Part shown: positions 10,246-18,787 of the stretch, in pieces | Numbering within the stretch: the first letter of the stretch is position 1 | How the letters are laid out: every line of letters starts with the position of its first letter | Source: a bacterium | GTDB taxonomy: Bacteria > Patescibacteriota > Microgenomatia > Curtissbacterales > GWA2-41-24 | Direction: 5' to 3' | Assembly (NCBI GenBank): GCA_021813945.1 | Contig: JAKAJD010000001.1 | Location: 560,412 to 624,411 of the forward strand | DNA length: 64,000 nucleotides | Made by a program: the position numbers and the translations under genes | Notes under the pieces: generated by a model | What the model was told of the DNA's origin: nothing | Databases searched by the model: none | Seen by the model: only the letters and a program-made list of their open reading frames with translations

Positions 10246-10779
10246 TTAGGTCTTGTCTTGAGCTTCTGGGAGCAATTTTGGTATCGGAAGAGGAATTGAT
10301 CTAACAGCACCTTCGCTGGGAAAATCATGGGAAACATCTAGTCTCCAATTACCCAAATTCTCCGGAACAGACGCAACTATAACCAGATCAAAAGGTTCAC
10401 TACTTCCTGGTTCCTTTGGAAGCACGGAAAGTGTAGCGCCAAAAGTCTTGTCACCGGAAGCAATATCAAATTTCCAATCTTTTGAGTGAGACGAGGGATC
10501 CTCCGTAGAACGTCCTAAAATAGCCACATAATCTCCCTGGCCTTTCACAGGACTTTCTGTAACAGCTAAAAGCTGGATTTCTATTCCGTCTAGAGTAAAG
10601 TAGTCAAAATAATCTCTGTCTTGCTCTCCCTGGGTTGTAGACTGAAAATCCGGCCTCGGACCACCGCTATAAAACTGATTGGAAGCAATATAAAGCCCTG
10701 CAGCCGCAATTCCCGCAACAGCAACCCTAGTTACGCCGCCTGTAAACCTTAACCCTCGTCTGTCATCGTCAACTCTCAT
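10246..10779 (-). CDS. Hypothetical membrane-anchored protein
   Basis: 177 aa with an N-terminal TM segment; preceded by TGGTATAAT. Confidence 0.65.
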   Translation of the reverse strand: MRVDDDRRGLRFTGGVTRVAVAGIAAAGLYIASNQFYSGGPRPDFQSTTQGEQDRDYFDYFTLDGIEIQLLAVTESPVKGQGDYVAILGRSTEDPSSHSKDWKFDIASGDKTFGATLSVLPKEPGSSEPFDLVIVASVPENLGNWRLDVSHDFPSEGAVRSIPLPIPKLLPEAQDKT

Positions 10780-10787
10780 ACCCGCAA

Positions 10788-10796
10788 ATTATACCA
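10788..10796 (-). promoter_or_regulatory. Extended -10 promoter (TGGTATAAT), probably leaderless transcript
   Basis: Perfect TGnTATAAT 8 nt upstream of ATG 10779; no Shine-Dalgarno. Confidence 0.65.
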
Positions 10797-10857
10797 CCAG
10801 GCCCATAATAAATGTAACAAAAGACATCATAAGGTGCGATTTAGAGATCAGTACCAG

Positions 10858-11115
10858 AAAGGTCAGTTCTAATTTAAAATTAAAAATTTGAAATTTAAAA
10901 TTGAATCAGGCCTGCCCTTAAATCCTGGAGAAAGGTCAGGCCTTAACCTAAGCGAATCCCCCGAAAAAGGCCTGACCTTAACCTAAGCAACTTTTGCCTT
11001 TTGAGATTTGAGTTTTGAGCTTTAAATCTGCTACAATCCGCACTAGTCTGGGAACAGTAAGCTTAACAAAGGTCAGGCCTTTGTTGGGGAAGGTCTTGGC
11101 CTAAGACCTGACCTT
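10858..11115. repeat. Cluster of REP-like elements interleaved with heptamer arrays
   Basis: Pairs at 10858-10919 (degenerate), 10932-10979 and 11069-11115. 7-mer arrays at ~10871-10905 and ~10991-11027. Confidence 0.85.
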
Positions 11116-11147
11116 GAGATCAAAAGTTGACTTTTGAGATCCTATTT

Positions 11148-12362
11148 ATGAACCTTGCTAAACATAGAGAAACTTATTACGCCATAGTAATTGTCCTTCT
11201 TGCACTTTTTGCTCTGGCGGCCATTTTTTATGCGCGCGGTTTTAAACCTAATTTTCGAACCGGCCGAATTACACATACCGGCCTTATAGTTGCCGACTCT
11301 ATCCCAACAGGCGCACAGGTTTTTATAGACGACAGGCTAACTTCGGCCACCAACACCAACATTGCCTTTTTGGAACCCAAAACCTACAAAGTAAAAATCG
11401 CAAAAGACGGCTATACAACTTGGGAAAAAGAAATTGATGTCAAAGCCGACCTGGCAACCGAAATAAATGCCCTTCTCTTCCCTCTAGCGCCGCAAATATC
11501 CCCTTTGACAACAACAGGGGCAAACAGTCCTACTCTTTCGCCTGATGGCGGCAAAATCGTCTATGGTGTCTCAGGCATAAACGGCGGGGCCTACATCCTT
11601 CCAGTCGCGGATGGGCTCTTAGCTTTCAGGCAAAGCACAAAGCTGATTGCCCGAAACACTACTGCTTTTGACTTTTCAACGGCCCAATTCGTTTGGGGTC
11701 CGGATTCCAAACAGCTGATTGCCCGATTCCCCAAAAATGACGGCACAGTCACCGCCAATCTGATGCTCGACTCCGACACTTCGGACCAGCCACTTCGCGA
11801 CGTCACCGCCTCGCTAACCGCCACAATTTCCGACTGGCAACAGCAAATCAACACAAGCGCCCAAACTTTGGCGGTTTTGGCACCAGACGAAATTAAGTCT
11901 GCAACCCAGGCAGCAACACCTGCTTCACCATCCCCCTCAGCTCAACCTTCACCGGCAGCCAGCAACCAGTTACCAGCGACGAGTTACCAGTTACCCAGCT
12001 TGATCAACTACTATCCGACTGGTCTAACCTTTTCGCCGGACGAAGAAAAAGTTCTCTACATTGATAAAAACGGCAAACATCATGTTTATGATGTCAAAGC
12101 CAAAAAGCAGTACACTCTTCCCGATTTTTCGGATCTTGAAAATATCACCTGGTTTCCAGATTCGGCACATTTAGTTGTTGCCCAGAAAAACCAGATCTCG
12201 ATTATGGAATCAGACGGCGCAAACAAAATGGCAGTTTATTCCGGAAAGTTTGATTACGGATTCGTTTTTGCTCATCCGTCCGGCTCTAAATTGATAATTT
12301 TGACTACTCTCACCCAATCCGAAGGCACCCCCGACAACCTCTACGCAATCAATTTAAAGTAG
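11148..12362 (+). CDS. PEGA domain protein with C-terminal beta-propeller (TolB/WD40-like)
   Basis: ARGF...TGLIVADSIPTGAQVFID...YKVKIAKDGYTTWEK PEGA motif; SPDG/SPDE/WFPDS propeller repeats. The ORF track starts at TTG 11127. Confidence 0.85.
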   Translation: MNLAKHRETYYAIVIVLLALFALAAIFYARGFKPNFRTGRITHTGLIVADSIPTGAQVFIDDRLTSATNTNIAFLEPKTYKVKIAKDGYTTWEKEIDVKADLATEINALLFPLAPQISPLTTTGANSPTLSPDGGKIVYGVSGINGGAYILPVADGLLAFRQSTKLIARNTTAFDFSTAQFVWGPDSKQLIARFPKNDGTVTANLMLDSDTSDQPLRDVTASLTATISDWQQQINTSAQTLAVLAPDEIKSATQAATPASPSPSAQPSPAASNQLPATSYQLPSLINYYPTGLTFSPDEEKVLYIDKNGKHHVYDVKAKKQYTLPDFSDLENITWFPDSAHLVVAQKNQISIMESDGANKMAVYSGKFDYGFVFAHPSGSKLIILTTLTQSEGTPDNLYAINLK

Positions 12363-12373
12363 AAAACTTTACG

Positions 12374-12421
12374 AAGGTCTGGCCTTAACCTAAGCCGATT
12401 TATCGAAAAAGGCCTGACCTT
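12374..12421. repeat. REP-like palindromic element between convergent genes
   Basis: aaggtctggcctt...aaggcctgacctt. Confidence 0.85.
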
Positions 12422-12489
12422 AAGTACACAATTGGTTATTCGATCAAACCCAAAAGCCAACCTTAACCTGGTCGCTGATTGCCGGGCCC

Positions 12490-13602
12490 TTATTGATGCG
12501 AGGCCACGCAATAGTTGAACGCAACCGGCGCCCCAACTGGACGCGACAATTTGCATTTGGCAGACGAAGAAGTATTGGCCTGAGGGTCTGAGGAATCCTC
12601 AAGCATTGCCCATAATTCGTAATAAGAACCGGCTCCATCCGAATAATAACCGTAATAATAGTCTGTCGCACCACCCCCTGTTGGTGTTGGTGCCGGAGTC
12701 GGTGCTGGTGTCGGGGTTGCGGGAGGACATGGAATTGTAAGAGCTTCACCGGCAATATACGGTGTGGGGCCGGCAGAATGGTCGGCCGCTCTTGTCCAAA
12801 CTTGGGCATTTTCAGGCTGCCAAGCATTTTTAAAAGTGATATCCCAATTGATTGTCAAAGTCGTTCCGGACCCCGAATAAGAACTGGTCACACGGTCCAA
12901 ATCCGCATAACTGTTGCCACTGCCGCCTCCAGACCATTGCCAAGTTCCTGCATCATCTTTTACTCCGAAATCGTGGATGTCGTTGTTCAAAACAGCCAGA
13001 AACGCGCCTGTCGGAGCAGCGGCCACGTCGTAAGTATTTGTACTGTTGATCAAAATATATGCATAAAGTATGTCAGAGTACCCTGCGGTGTCTAGGTAAG
13101 TTGCCGTAAACCTATACTTTGTTCCATAGCTAACACAAGCTGGACCGGAAACTGTCCCGGTAGTCGGAGTAACAGCATAAACCGGCTTAGGACCAATGTC
13201 TTCCAGCATCTTAGATATCCACGTGGGCACACTCGCCAAAAATCTCAATGAAGATGCCTGTTTCGGGTCTTTTGGAATTGTTCGAAAATAGGGATTTAGG
13301 CCGGGAATCCAGTTATCACCGGACTGAGACGTGTGATTGCCGGAAATATAATGAAACCCATTGTCGTTGTAATATTGCTCCAATGCGCTTGCAATTTGCG
13401 CCAGATTTGCCTTCCTGCTGCCATCTCTTGCTTTGCTGGTGCCACTAACTAGCCTAAACGTAACCACCGAACCGACAATGCCGAGTATAGCAATTACAAT
13501 CAAAAGCTCAATTAGGGTGAAACCGAAGCGCTTGCTTTTCAGCAAAAAGAACTTATGTCGGACTACCCTAACAAGCCAACTGGTATGTAACTTTTTTTTC
13601 AA
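12490..13602 (-). CDS. Type IV pilin/GspG-like protein with large inserted domain
   Basis: G|FTLIELLIVIAILG prepilin motif, ARDGSRKANL..I..ALEQYY, PKDP, then a ~200-aa insert before the C-terminal YYY...YELWAMLE...C...NYC. Confidence 0.9.
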   Translation of the reverse strand: MKKKLHTSWLVRVVRHKFFLLKSKRFGFTLIELLIVIAILGIVGSVVTFRLVSGTSKARDGSRKANLAQIASALEQYYNDNGFHYISGNHTSQSGDNWIPGLNPYFRTIPKDPKQASSLRFLASVPTWISKMLEDIGPKPVYAVTPTTGTVSGPACVSYGTKYRFTATYLDTAGYSDILYAYILINSTNTYDVAAAPTGAFLAVLNNDIHDFGVKDDAGTWQWSGGGSGNSYADLDRVTSSYSGSGTTLTINWDITFKNAWQPENAQVWTRAADHSAGPTPYIAGEALTIPCPPATPTPAPTPAPTPTGGGATDYYYGYYSDGAGSYYELWAMLEDSSDPQANTSSSAKCKLSRPVGAPVAFNYCVASHQ

Positions 13603-13682
13603 ATATCTAATTTGATTGTGCAGCTATCAAGAAAATTAGTCAAACGCAAAGTAAACTTCTTACGAATGTCAGGCCAAAGCAA

Positions 13683-13729
13683 AAGGACAGGCCTTTTGCT
13701 TGCACACACCCAAGTTAAGGCCTGTCCTT
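13683..13729. repeat. REP-like palindromic element
   Basis: aaggAcaggcctt...aaggcctgTcctt (compensatory change). Confidence 0.85.
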
Positions 13730-13746
13730 AACCTGGTTGATAGTAG

Positions 13747-14430
13747 CTAATTTATGCTTGCCCCCGCTGCCGGTTCCGCAATAACCAAAAGCCTTTTCCA
13801 AGTTGTCCCCGGCGGATAACAAGTCTGCAAAACCAAAATTTGTTTGTCTGTTTTCATCGTAAAGTAGGAAACGTCCGATGGATCCGTAATTTTTGTTTGG
13901 CTGACAATATAGTCGTACCTTCTTCCTTGAAAGAAAATTACTACCCGATCCCCCGGCACCATGTCTTTCAAAAGATAAAAAACGGCATTAAATCTTGGCA
14001 CATTGAAAATGGTATCCGTGGAATGGGCAAAAAGATAAGTAACGCCAGGCTCGCCCGGAAAGGATGTGCCAAGGGCGTGGGCGACACCACGCCTCAAAGC
14101 TGCATCATAAGCATCCTTATTTGAAGCATCAACATTGGGAATAACCGGTGCATCTGCCCCAATTTTTTCAACAATTATTGAAAAATTAGAATCTTTCGGA
14201 ACCAAAACATTAACGTTTGACTCCCCTTTTCCCAGAAGCGACCCGAATGTTTGGGTGCTTGTCGCAGCAACCGGCGCCGCTTCAAACTTTTTCCCTATCA
14301 AGCTGTCAAAACTGTGCGCCACAAAAGCCTTGCCAACAGGCCAGAATGTATAACCCATTGCCAAAAGCGATCCCAAAACCAGAAAATTGCCGATAGTTCT
14401 TATCGCCAGAATTTTTTTATCGACGTACAT
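13747..14430 (-). CDS. Sortase family protein
   Basis: N-terminal TM, GVAHALGT..PG, catalytic His (FAHS), LQTC and downstream Arg (TWKRL). Confidence 0.9.
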   Translation of the reverse strand: MYVDKKILAIRTIGNFLVLGSLLAMGYTFWPVGKAFVAHSFDSLIGKKFEAAPVAATSTQTFGSLLGKGESNVNVLVPKDSNFSIIVEKIGADAPVIPNVDASNKDAYDAALRRGVAHALGTSFPGEPGVTYLFAHSTDTIFNVPRFNAVFYLLKDMVPGDRVVIFFQGRRYDYIVSQTKITDPSDVSYFTMKTDKQILVLQTCYPPGTTWKRLLVIAEPAAGASIN

Positions 14431-14461
14431 CTGTAACCTTATGTTAACAGTATTTTTAGCA

Positions 14462-14578
14462 AAGGTCAGGCCTTAGTTGGGAAAGTCTTGGCCTAAGACC
14501 TGACCTTGGGACGTAGAAATTATTTTACATGAACACTTTCCGAATGCCAGGCCTTTCAGTCTTCTAAGGCCTGGCCTT
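14462..14578. repeat. Two REP-like palindromic elements
   Basis: Pairs at 14462-14507 and ~14543-14578. Confidence 0.8.
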
Positions 14579-14618
14579 GAGATCTAAAGTCGGTTACCAA
14601 GACCTGAGCTTAGAGCAA

Positions 14619-14656
14619 AGGCAAATTGACACCTCTGGACAAATATTAGATGATAG
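14619..14656 (+). promoter_or_regulatory. Conserved pilin upstream motif AGGCAAATTGACAC-N10-ATAWTAGATSATAGA
   Basis: Aligns without gaps to 18741-18778 upstream of the third pilin; contains a TTGACA -35 hexamer. Confidence 0.65.
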
Positions 14657-14661
14657 ATTTA

Positions 14662-15576
14662 GTGAATCTGCCCAAACGATCTAAAGGATTTACACTCATC
14701 GAGGTTTTGGTTGTCATTGGCATAATTGGTATGCTTTCGGGCATAACAAGCGTTTCTTACACCCAATCTCAAACCAAAGGAAGAGATACTAAAAGAAAAG
14801 CGGATCTGCAAGCAATTAAATCCGCACTCAACCTTTACTTCCAGCAAAACCAAAAATACCCGCCGGCAGATCCGCTAGCCACAACAAGCTATTATTCCTA
14901 CAGCGGCGGAGCCTGGATACCGGACCTTTCTCCAACCTTTATGAACACACAACCCAAAGACCCTGCACAAGCATTCAATTTTTGGCAAAACATGCTTGCC
15001 TCAATTGGAAACTTTAGTCTCATCAGCCCCGTCTTTGCCGGCGGTGGCGGAGGGGGTTGTTCAAGTCAAGCTGCAGCTATTGCTGCATACAATACTACTA
15101 CTCATAAAATCGATAGCGTTAGCATGATCTGCTATGGCTCCGGCTACTCAGTCGCTCCTTATGTAGTCTTCACCGGTTGTTCTGACGCAAGCACCGTTCA
15201 GGCAACAGCCACCGCCCATCTGGGCGGCGCTGCACCCCCAGACGGGGTCGGATCAATTACTATGGACACTCTCGGCTCCGGATACACCTGCACACCCACA
15301 GTCAATATCGGCCCCCCTCCTGGAACAGCTCCGCCCCCACCTCCTCCTCCGCCACCCTCAACACCTTATCCACTACCGGCTCCTGCCGTTGGCTGCGGTG
15401 CGGCAAGCCCGGTTCCATACTATTACTGCTATACGGTAAATTCTGCCAGGAGCCGTTTCAAATTATGGACCCGCCTCGAAAACACTAATGACCCACAAGT
15501 CAGCGGAAACTCAGGGGCCTCCTGCTACGACACTACTCCTCCGGCCTCACTTAACTACTGCCTGGACGCAGACTAA
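14662..15576 (+). CDS. Type IV pilin/GspG-like protein with inserted domain
   Basis: KG|FTLIEVLVVI, GRDTKRKADLQAI..AL, PKDP, a ~150-aa insert with poly-Pro linker, then YYY...FKLWTRLEN...NYC. GTG 14662 preferred because ATG 14650 lies inside the promoter motif. Confidence 0.9.
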   Translation: MNLPKRSKGFTLIEVLVVIGIIGMLSGITSVSYTQSQTKGRDTKRKADLQAIKSALNLYFQQNQKYPPADPLATTSYYSYSGGAWIPDLSPTFMNTQPKDPAQAFNFWQNMLASIGNFSLISPVFAGGGGGGCSSQAAAIAAYNTTTHKIDSVSMICYGSGYSVAPYVVFTGCSDASTVQATATAHLGGAAPPDGVGSITMDTLGSGYTCTPTVNIGPPPGTAPPPPPPPPPSTPYPLPAPAVGCGAASPVPYYYCYTVNSARSRFKLWTRLENTNDPQVSGNSGASCYDTTPPASLNYCLDAD

Positions 15577-15581
15577 GCTTC

Positions 15582-16661
15582 ATGCCTAAAATCCCAAAGT
15601 TCACCAAAAAAGAACTTTTTCTAATTGCCGTAGGCTTAATACTTATAACTTTTGCTTTTTCTAAACCGGGAAGAACAATTTATAAAGTCATCCACATAAC
15701 AGCAAGACTTAACCCTTCGACAAGTTCATTTTCTGCAAGCCCCGATATTAAATCCGCACAAATCTTTTACGATGATGACGGCAAACAAACACCGGCGGTG
15801 ATTTTTCGAAAAGGCACTCAAAAACAAAGTGCAGTCATAATCTCAGCTGGAGTTGGTCTCACCGATTACAATTACAAACTTATCGACAGTTTTGCATCGA
15901 GCCTTGCCGACGTGGGGATAACGGTTATGATTCCCCAAACCCAAAGCATGAAAGACGATATTGTCAACGAAAGCTCAATTAGAAGTTATGTCAATGCCTT
16001 CCGTTATCTTGAAAATCAGGGTTCAGTCGACAAAAAGAAAATCGGCTATTTCGGCTTTTGTGCCGGTGCCAGCTTCCTGGCCCTGGCTGCAGAGGATCCG
16101 GATATCGCAAACAGAGTAGCATTTTTAGCCCTCTTTTCCCCTTACAACAATTTCGTGGATTATCTTGCCCAAACTTTTTCGCGTCAGGCACTAACCAAAG
16201 ACGGAACCCGCAACTGGCAACCACACCCACAAACAGTAGAACTTCTTCAAAAAAATCTAATGTTTCGTACTAATTTATTGATCGCCGGCTCCCCTAACAA
16301 AGCTGAAATAAGCCAAAAAGTAAACGACATCTTCACCAAGCAAGAAAACGCCGCATCCAAAAAAAGCGCTATTGAAAACTTAAGCTCCAAGGAGATGCTT
16401 TCAGAAGCCGCTCTTCTTTCCCCAGACCACGCCGCCAAAAACATTAAAGCCAAAACTTATATATTTCACGACTATAACGACACCTTTACCCCCAGGGAAG
16501 AATCCGAACGACTAAAGGCAGAAATACCAGGAGCAGAACTTATAGAACCGACTATTTTCGACCATACAATTTTTAGAAAAGACATATCACGTATGGCCTG
16601 GGCAACTCAAGGCACAAAAGTTCTCATCTACTTCTACAAAATTCTCTACCACGTTAGCTAA
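15582..16661 (+). CDS. Membrane-anchored alpha/beta hydrolase (dienelactone hydrolase-like, Cys nucleophile)
   Basis: KIGYFGFCAGA nucleophile elbow, H...D and a C-terminal His (FDH). Confidence 0.7.
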   Translation: MPKIPKFTKKELFLIAVGLILITFAFSKPGRTIYKVIHITARLNPSTSSFSASPDIKSAQIFYDDDGKQTPAVIFRKGTQKQSAVIISAGVGLTDYNYKLIDSFASSLADVGITVMIPQTQSMKDDIVNESSIRSYVNAFRYLENQGSVDKKKIGYFGFCAGASFLALAAEDPDIANRVAFLALFSPYNNFVDYLAQTFSRQALTKDGTRNWQPHPQTVELLQKNLMFRTNLLIAGSPNKAEISQKVNDIFTKQENAASKKSAIENLSSKEMLSEAALLSPDHAAKNIKAKTYIFHDYNDTFTPREESERLKAEIPGAELIEPTIFDHTIFRKDISRMAWATQGTKVLIYFYKILYHVS

Positions 16662-16765
16662 ACCTTAGCAAAGGCCAGGCCTTGAGGCAAAAGATTGGTT
16701 ACCTCATCCAGCTCCGAACCTTGATTTAACCGCTTCTAGGTTTTAATCTTAAATCAGGGGGAAAT

Positions 16766-16918
16766 TTGAAAACTCACCTAAAACCGCAAGCGAAAAAGCA
16801 TCCGTACCACCACTTTTCTTACTATTTAGACGATCCTCTGGTTGCCTCACTTCTGGCGGTAATCGCCCTTCTGACTTTGATGTTTGCACTTATCCAGTTT
16901 GCCAAAACCGTTGCCTAA
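16766..16918 (+). CDS. Small (50 aa) membrane protein not in the ORF track
   Basis: AGGGGG Shine-Dalgarno-like site, TTG start, MKTHLKPQAKKHPYHHFSYYLDDPLVASLLAVIALLTLMFALIQFAKTVA*, ending 2 nt before the next ATG. Confidence 0.55.
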   Translation: MKTHLKPQAKKHPYHHFSYYLDDPLVASLLAVIALLTLMFALIQFAKTVA

Positions 16919-16920
16919 AA

Positions 16921-17316
16921 ATGAAGGAAAAAACAGTAACTAATACTTTTGATCTCACCATAAAAACCGCGATTATAATTCTGGCCCTTGCTCTTTTCTG
17001 GTTTGCTTTCGTTTACTACCCGCAAATTGTCAACAAGTTCCAAGCCCGCAAATCAAGTTTTGTAACAAATGTTCTGGCAAGCTCAACAGGACTTCCCTAT
17101 CAAAACAGTCACTTTAAAATTGAATATTCCCCTAAGCAAAATGCTTATAAAATCACCGTTTTTGCCCAGACTCTGGATCAATATGACCAGTACAAAGCCG
17201 AGTCCAGTTTGGCTTTGAAAAACATCCTTTCGCTGGACAAAACCTGTAATCTTAACATCATCTACCAGAGCAACTTCTCATTCGTTAGACAAAGCGCCTC
17301 CGAAAAAAGCTGTTAA
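16921..17316 (+). CDS. Hypothetical single-TM protein
   Basis: 131-aa ORF with an N-terminal TM helix. Confidence 0.7.
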   Translation: MKEKTVTNTFDLTIKTAIIILALALFWFAFVYYPQIVNKFQARKSSFVTNVLASSTGLPYQNSHFKIEYSPKQNAYKITVFAQTLDQYDQYKAESSLALKNILSLDKTCNLNIIYQSNFSFVRQSASEKSC

Positions 17317-17323
17317 GCAGAGT

Positions 17324-17352
17324 TTGTCCAAATATTCCCATTGAGTTAAAAT
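17324..17352 (+). promoter_or_regulatory. Putative sigma70 promoter of tRNA cluster
   Basis: TTGTCC-17nt-TAAAAT. Confidence 0.5.
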
Positions 17353-17373
17353 AATGACGATGTTTCCAAAGCA

Positions 17374-17420
17374 AAGGCCAGGCCTTTGCCCAAGATAGTC
17401 CCACGCTAAGGCCTAGCCTT
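17374..17420. repeat. REP-like palindromic element in tRNA leader
   Basis: aaggccaggcctt...aaggcctagcctt. Confidence 0.8.
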
Positions 17421-17431
17421 ATCGTAAGCGC

Positions 17432-17504
17432 GCCGCTGTAGCTCAATGGATAGAGCAGTCCCGTCCTAAGGGAAAGGTTGGAGGTTCGACTCCTCTCAGC
17501 GGTA
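17432..17504 (+). tRNA. tRNA-Arg(CCT)
   Basis: Acceptor GCCGCTG/CAGCGGT, D arm GCTC/GAGC, anticodon loop GTCCTAA, T arm GGAGG-TTCGACT-CCTCT. Confidence 0.92.
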
Positions 17505-17531
17505 CATTGTTTACGCCGAATGAAAATGAGG

Positions 17532-17780
17532 CGGGGTGTAGTGTATCGGTATCGCGACTCCGTCCGCGTATTGTTACACTAACTACTGAAATCGTTGTTT
17601 CAGTAGTGTTCCGCAATATCACGCAAAGACGGGGTGTGGCGCAGTTGGTAGCGCGCGTCGTTCGGGACGGCGAGGCCGTCGGTTCGAATCCGACCACCCC
17701 GACTAGGGTTCACTTTTTGGCAAAGCCAAAAATATCAGAGGAGTCCCGAAGGGAAGCTGCTGATATTCCCAGCACCCCGA
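17532..17780 (+). other. Interrupted tRNA-Pro-like frame enclosing the intact tRNA-Pro
   Basis: 5' CGGGGTG-TA-GTGTATCGGTATCGC-GACTCCGTC and 3' GGGTTC...ATTCCCAG-CACCCCGA, with hairpin inserts at the anticodon-loop and T-loop positions. Confidence 0.55.
17630..17702 (+). tRNA. tRNA-Pro(CGG)
   Basis: Acceptor CGGGGTG/CACCCCG, D arm GCGC/GCGC, CGTCG-TTCGGGA-CGGCG, GTCGG-TTCGAAT-CCGAC. Confidence 0.95.
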
Positions 17781-17788
17781 CACAAAAC

Positions 17789-17814
17789 AAAAACCCCCAA
17801 AATGGGGGCTTTTG
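17789..17814. terminator. Probable bidirectional intrinsic terminator
   Basis: aaaaa-ccccca-aaa-tggggg-ctttt between the tRNA cluster and a convergent gene. Confidence 0.6.
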
Positions 17815-17836
17815 AATTTAAAATCCTGTCTAGAAA

Positions 17837-18673
17837 TTATTTCCCTGCGTTGACGTTTGCTTCAACGAAACTTACACACGAACCCTGGTTCTTAAATACC
17901 GGATTGTTGAAATTCTGCCAACCGCCCTTCTTGCACTCGTCCTTATTAGTCGGAGTCGTCAAAACGATTGTGTTGTTTTCAAAATCGTAGGTCTTGGTAT
18001 TTGTCCCGTCAAATCCAAGCGTCGCATTATCAACATAGCCGACAAGTACGTCACTTATAGCATTTGGTCCAACCTGGAAACGTACTCCACCAGTTCCATC
18101 TGCTCTAGTCCTTACGGAGATTGACACAACATTACCCGGCAGACAATTCGCCAAATACTGTGCAAGTGTCCCAGGTCCGAAGGCACTACACGGGAGTGTT
18201 GAACCCCATTTTCCGTTCAGCGCATCCCAAGACTGCCATACACCTGCTACCGGAGCCTGTAATTGATCCCGAGGGTCAAAGGTAAGCTCATCGGGGATTG
18301 TTGTAGTTGTCGTATTTATGTTTACATCAACTATCAGCTTCGGATAAGAAGCATTAGAAGCTCCTACTGGAACATATGTTGCGTAGCTTGCAGCCGCGTT
18401 GGCAAAATTAGTCGTTGATTGTCCGTCATAGGCTGTCGTGTGAATTGCTGAGAAGTTCGATCCGTTTGAGCCTGAAGCCAGTTCCACACTTCCTGCACCC
18501 GCTGGAGGGGTTCCCGGCCCAGTCACAAATTGGCCAAGACCGTCTGCCGCATTTGTCTGGAAATCCCATGTACCTTTATTGGAAGGTGAAATAACTGTCG
18601 CAGCCAAAACGGGGCTGGCCAAAAGGGTGCTAACTGCCATAAACGAGGTAATTCCCAATATTAACTTTTTCAA
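17837..18673 (-). CDS. Secreted protein with C-terminal CKKGGW...FKNQGxCV domain
   Basis: Signal peptide ending PVLA|A; AGGGGGTG Shine-Dalgarno; C-terminal PTNKDECKKGGWQNFNNPVFKNQGSCVSFV. Confidence 0.75.
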   Translation of the reverse strand: MKKLILGITSFMAVSTLLASPVLAATVISPSNKGTWDFQTNAADGLGQFVTGPGTPPAGAGSVELASGSNGSNFSAIHTTAYDGQSTTNFANAAASYATYVPVGASNASYPKLIVDVNINTTTTTIPDELTFDPRDQLQAPVAGVWQSWDALNGKWGSTLPCSAFGPGTLAQYLANCLPGNVVSISVRTRADGTGGVRFQVGPNAISDVLVGYVDNATLGFDGTNTKTYDFENNTIVLTTPTNKDECKKGGWQNFNNPVFKNQGSCVSFVEANVNAGK

Positions 18674-18740
18674 AAAATATCACCCCCTTTGGACAGAAGA
18701 TGTTTCCTAAGTTATCCCAAACCCCACAAACAGTCAAGAT

Positions 18741-18778
18741 AGGCAAATTGACACACTCCGCCAGATAATAGATCATAG
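18741..18778 (+). promoter_or_regulatory. Conserved pilin upstream motif (second copy)
   Basis: aggcaaattgacac-actccgccag-ataatagatcataga. Confidence 0.65.
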
Positions 18779-18787
18779 AAATAGGTT

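Noticed and set aside
17443-17815. ORFs 17443-17697 and 17507-17815
   Set aside because: They overlap the tRNA genes and are translation shadows.
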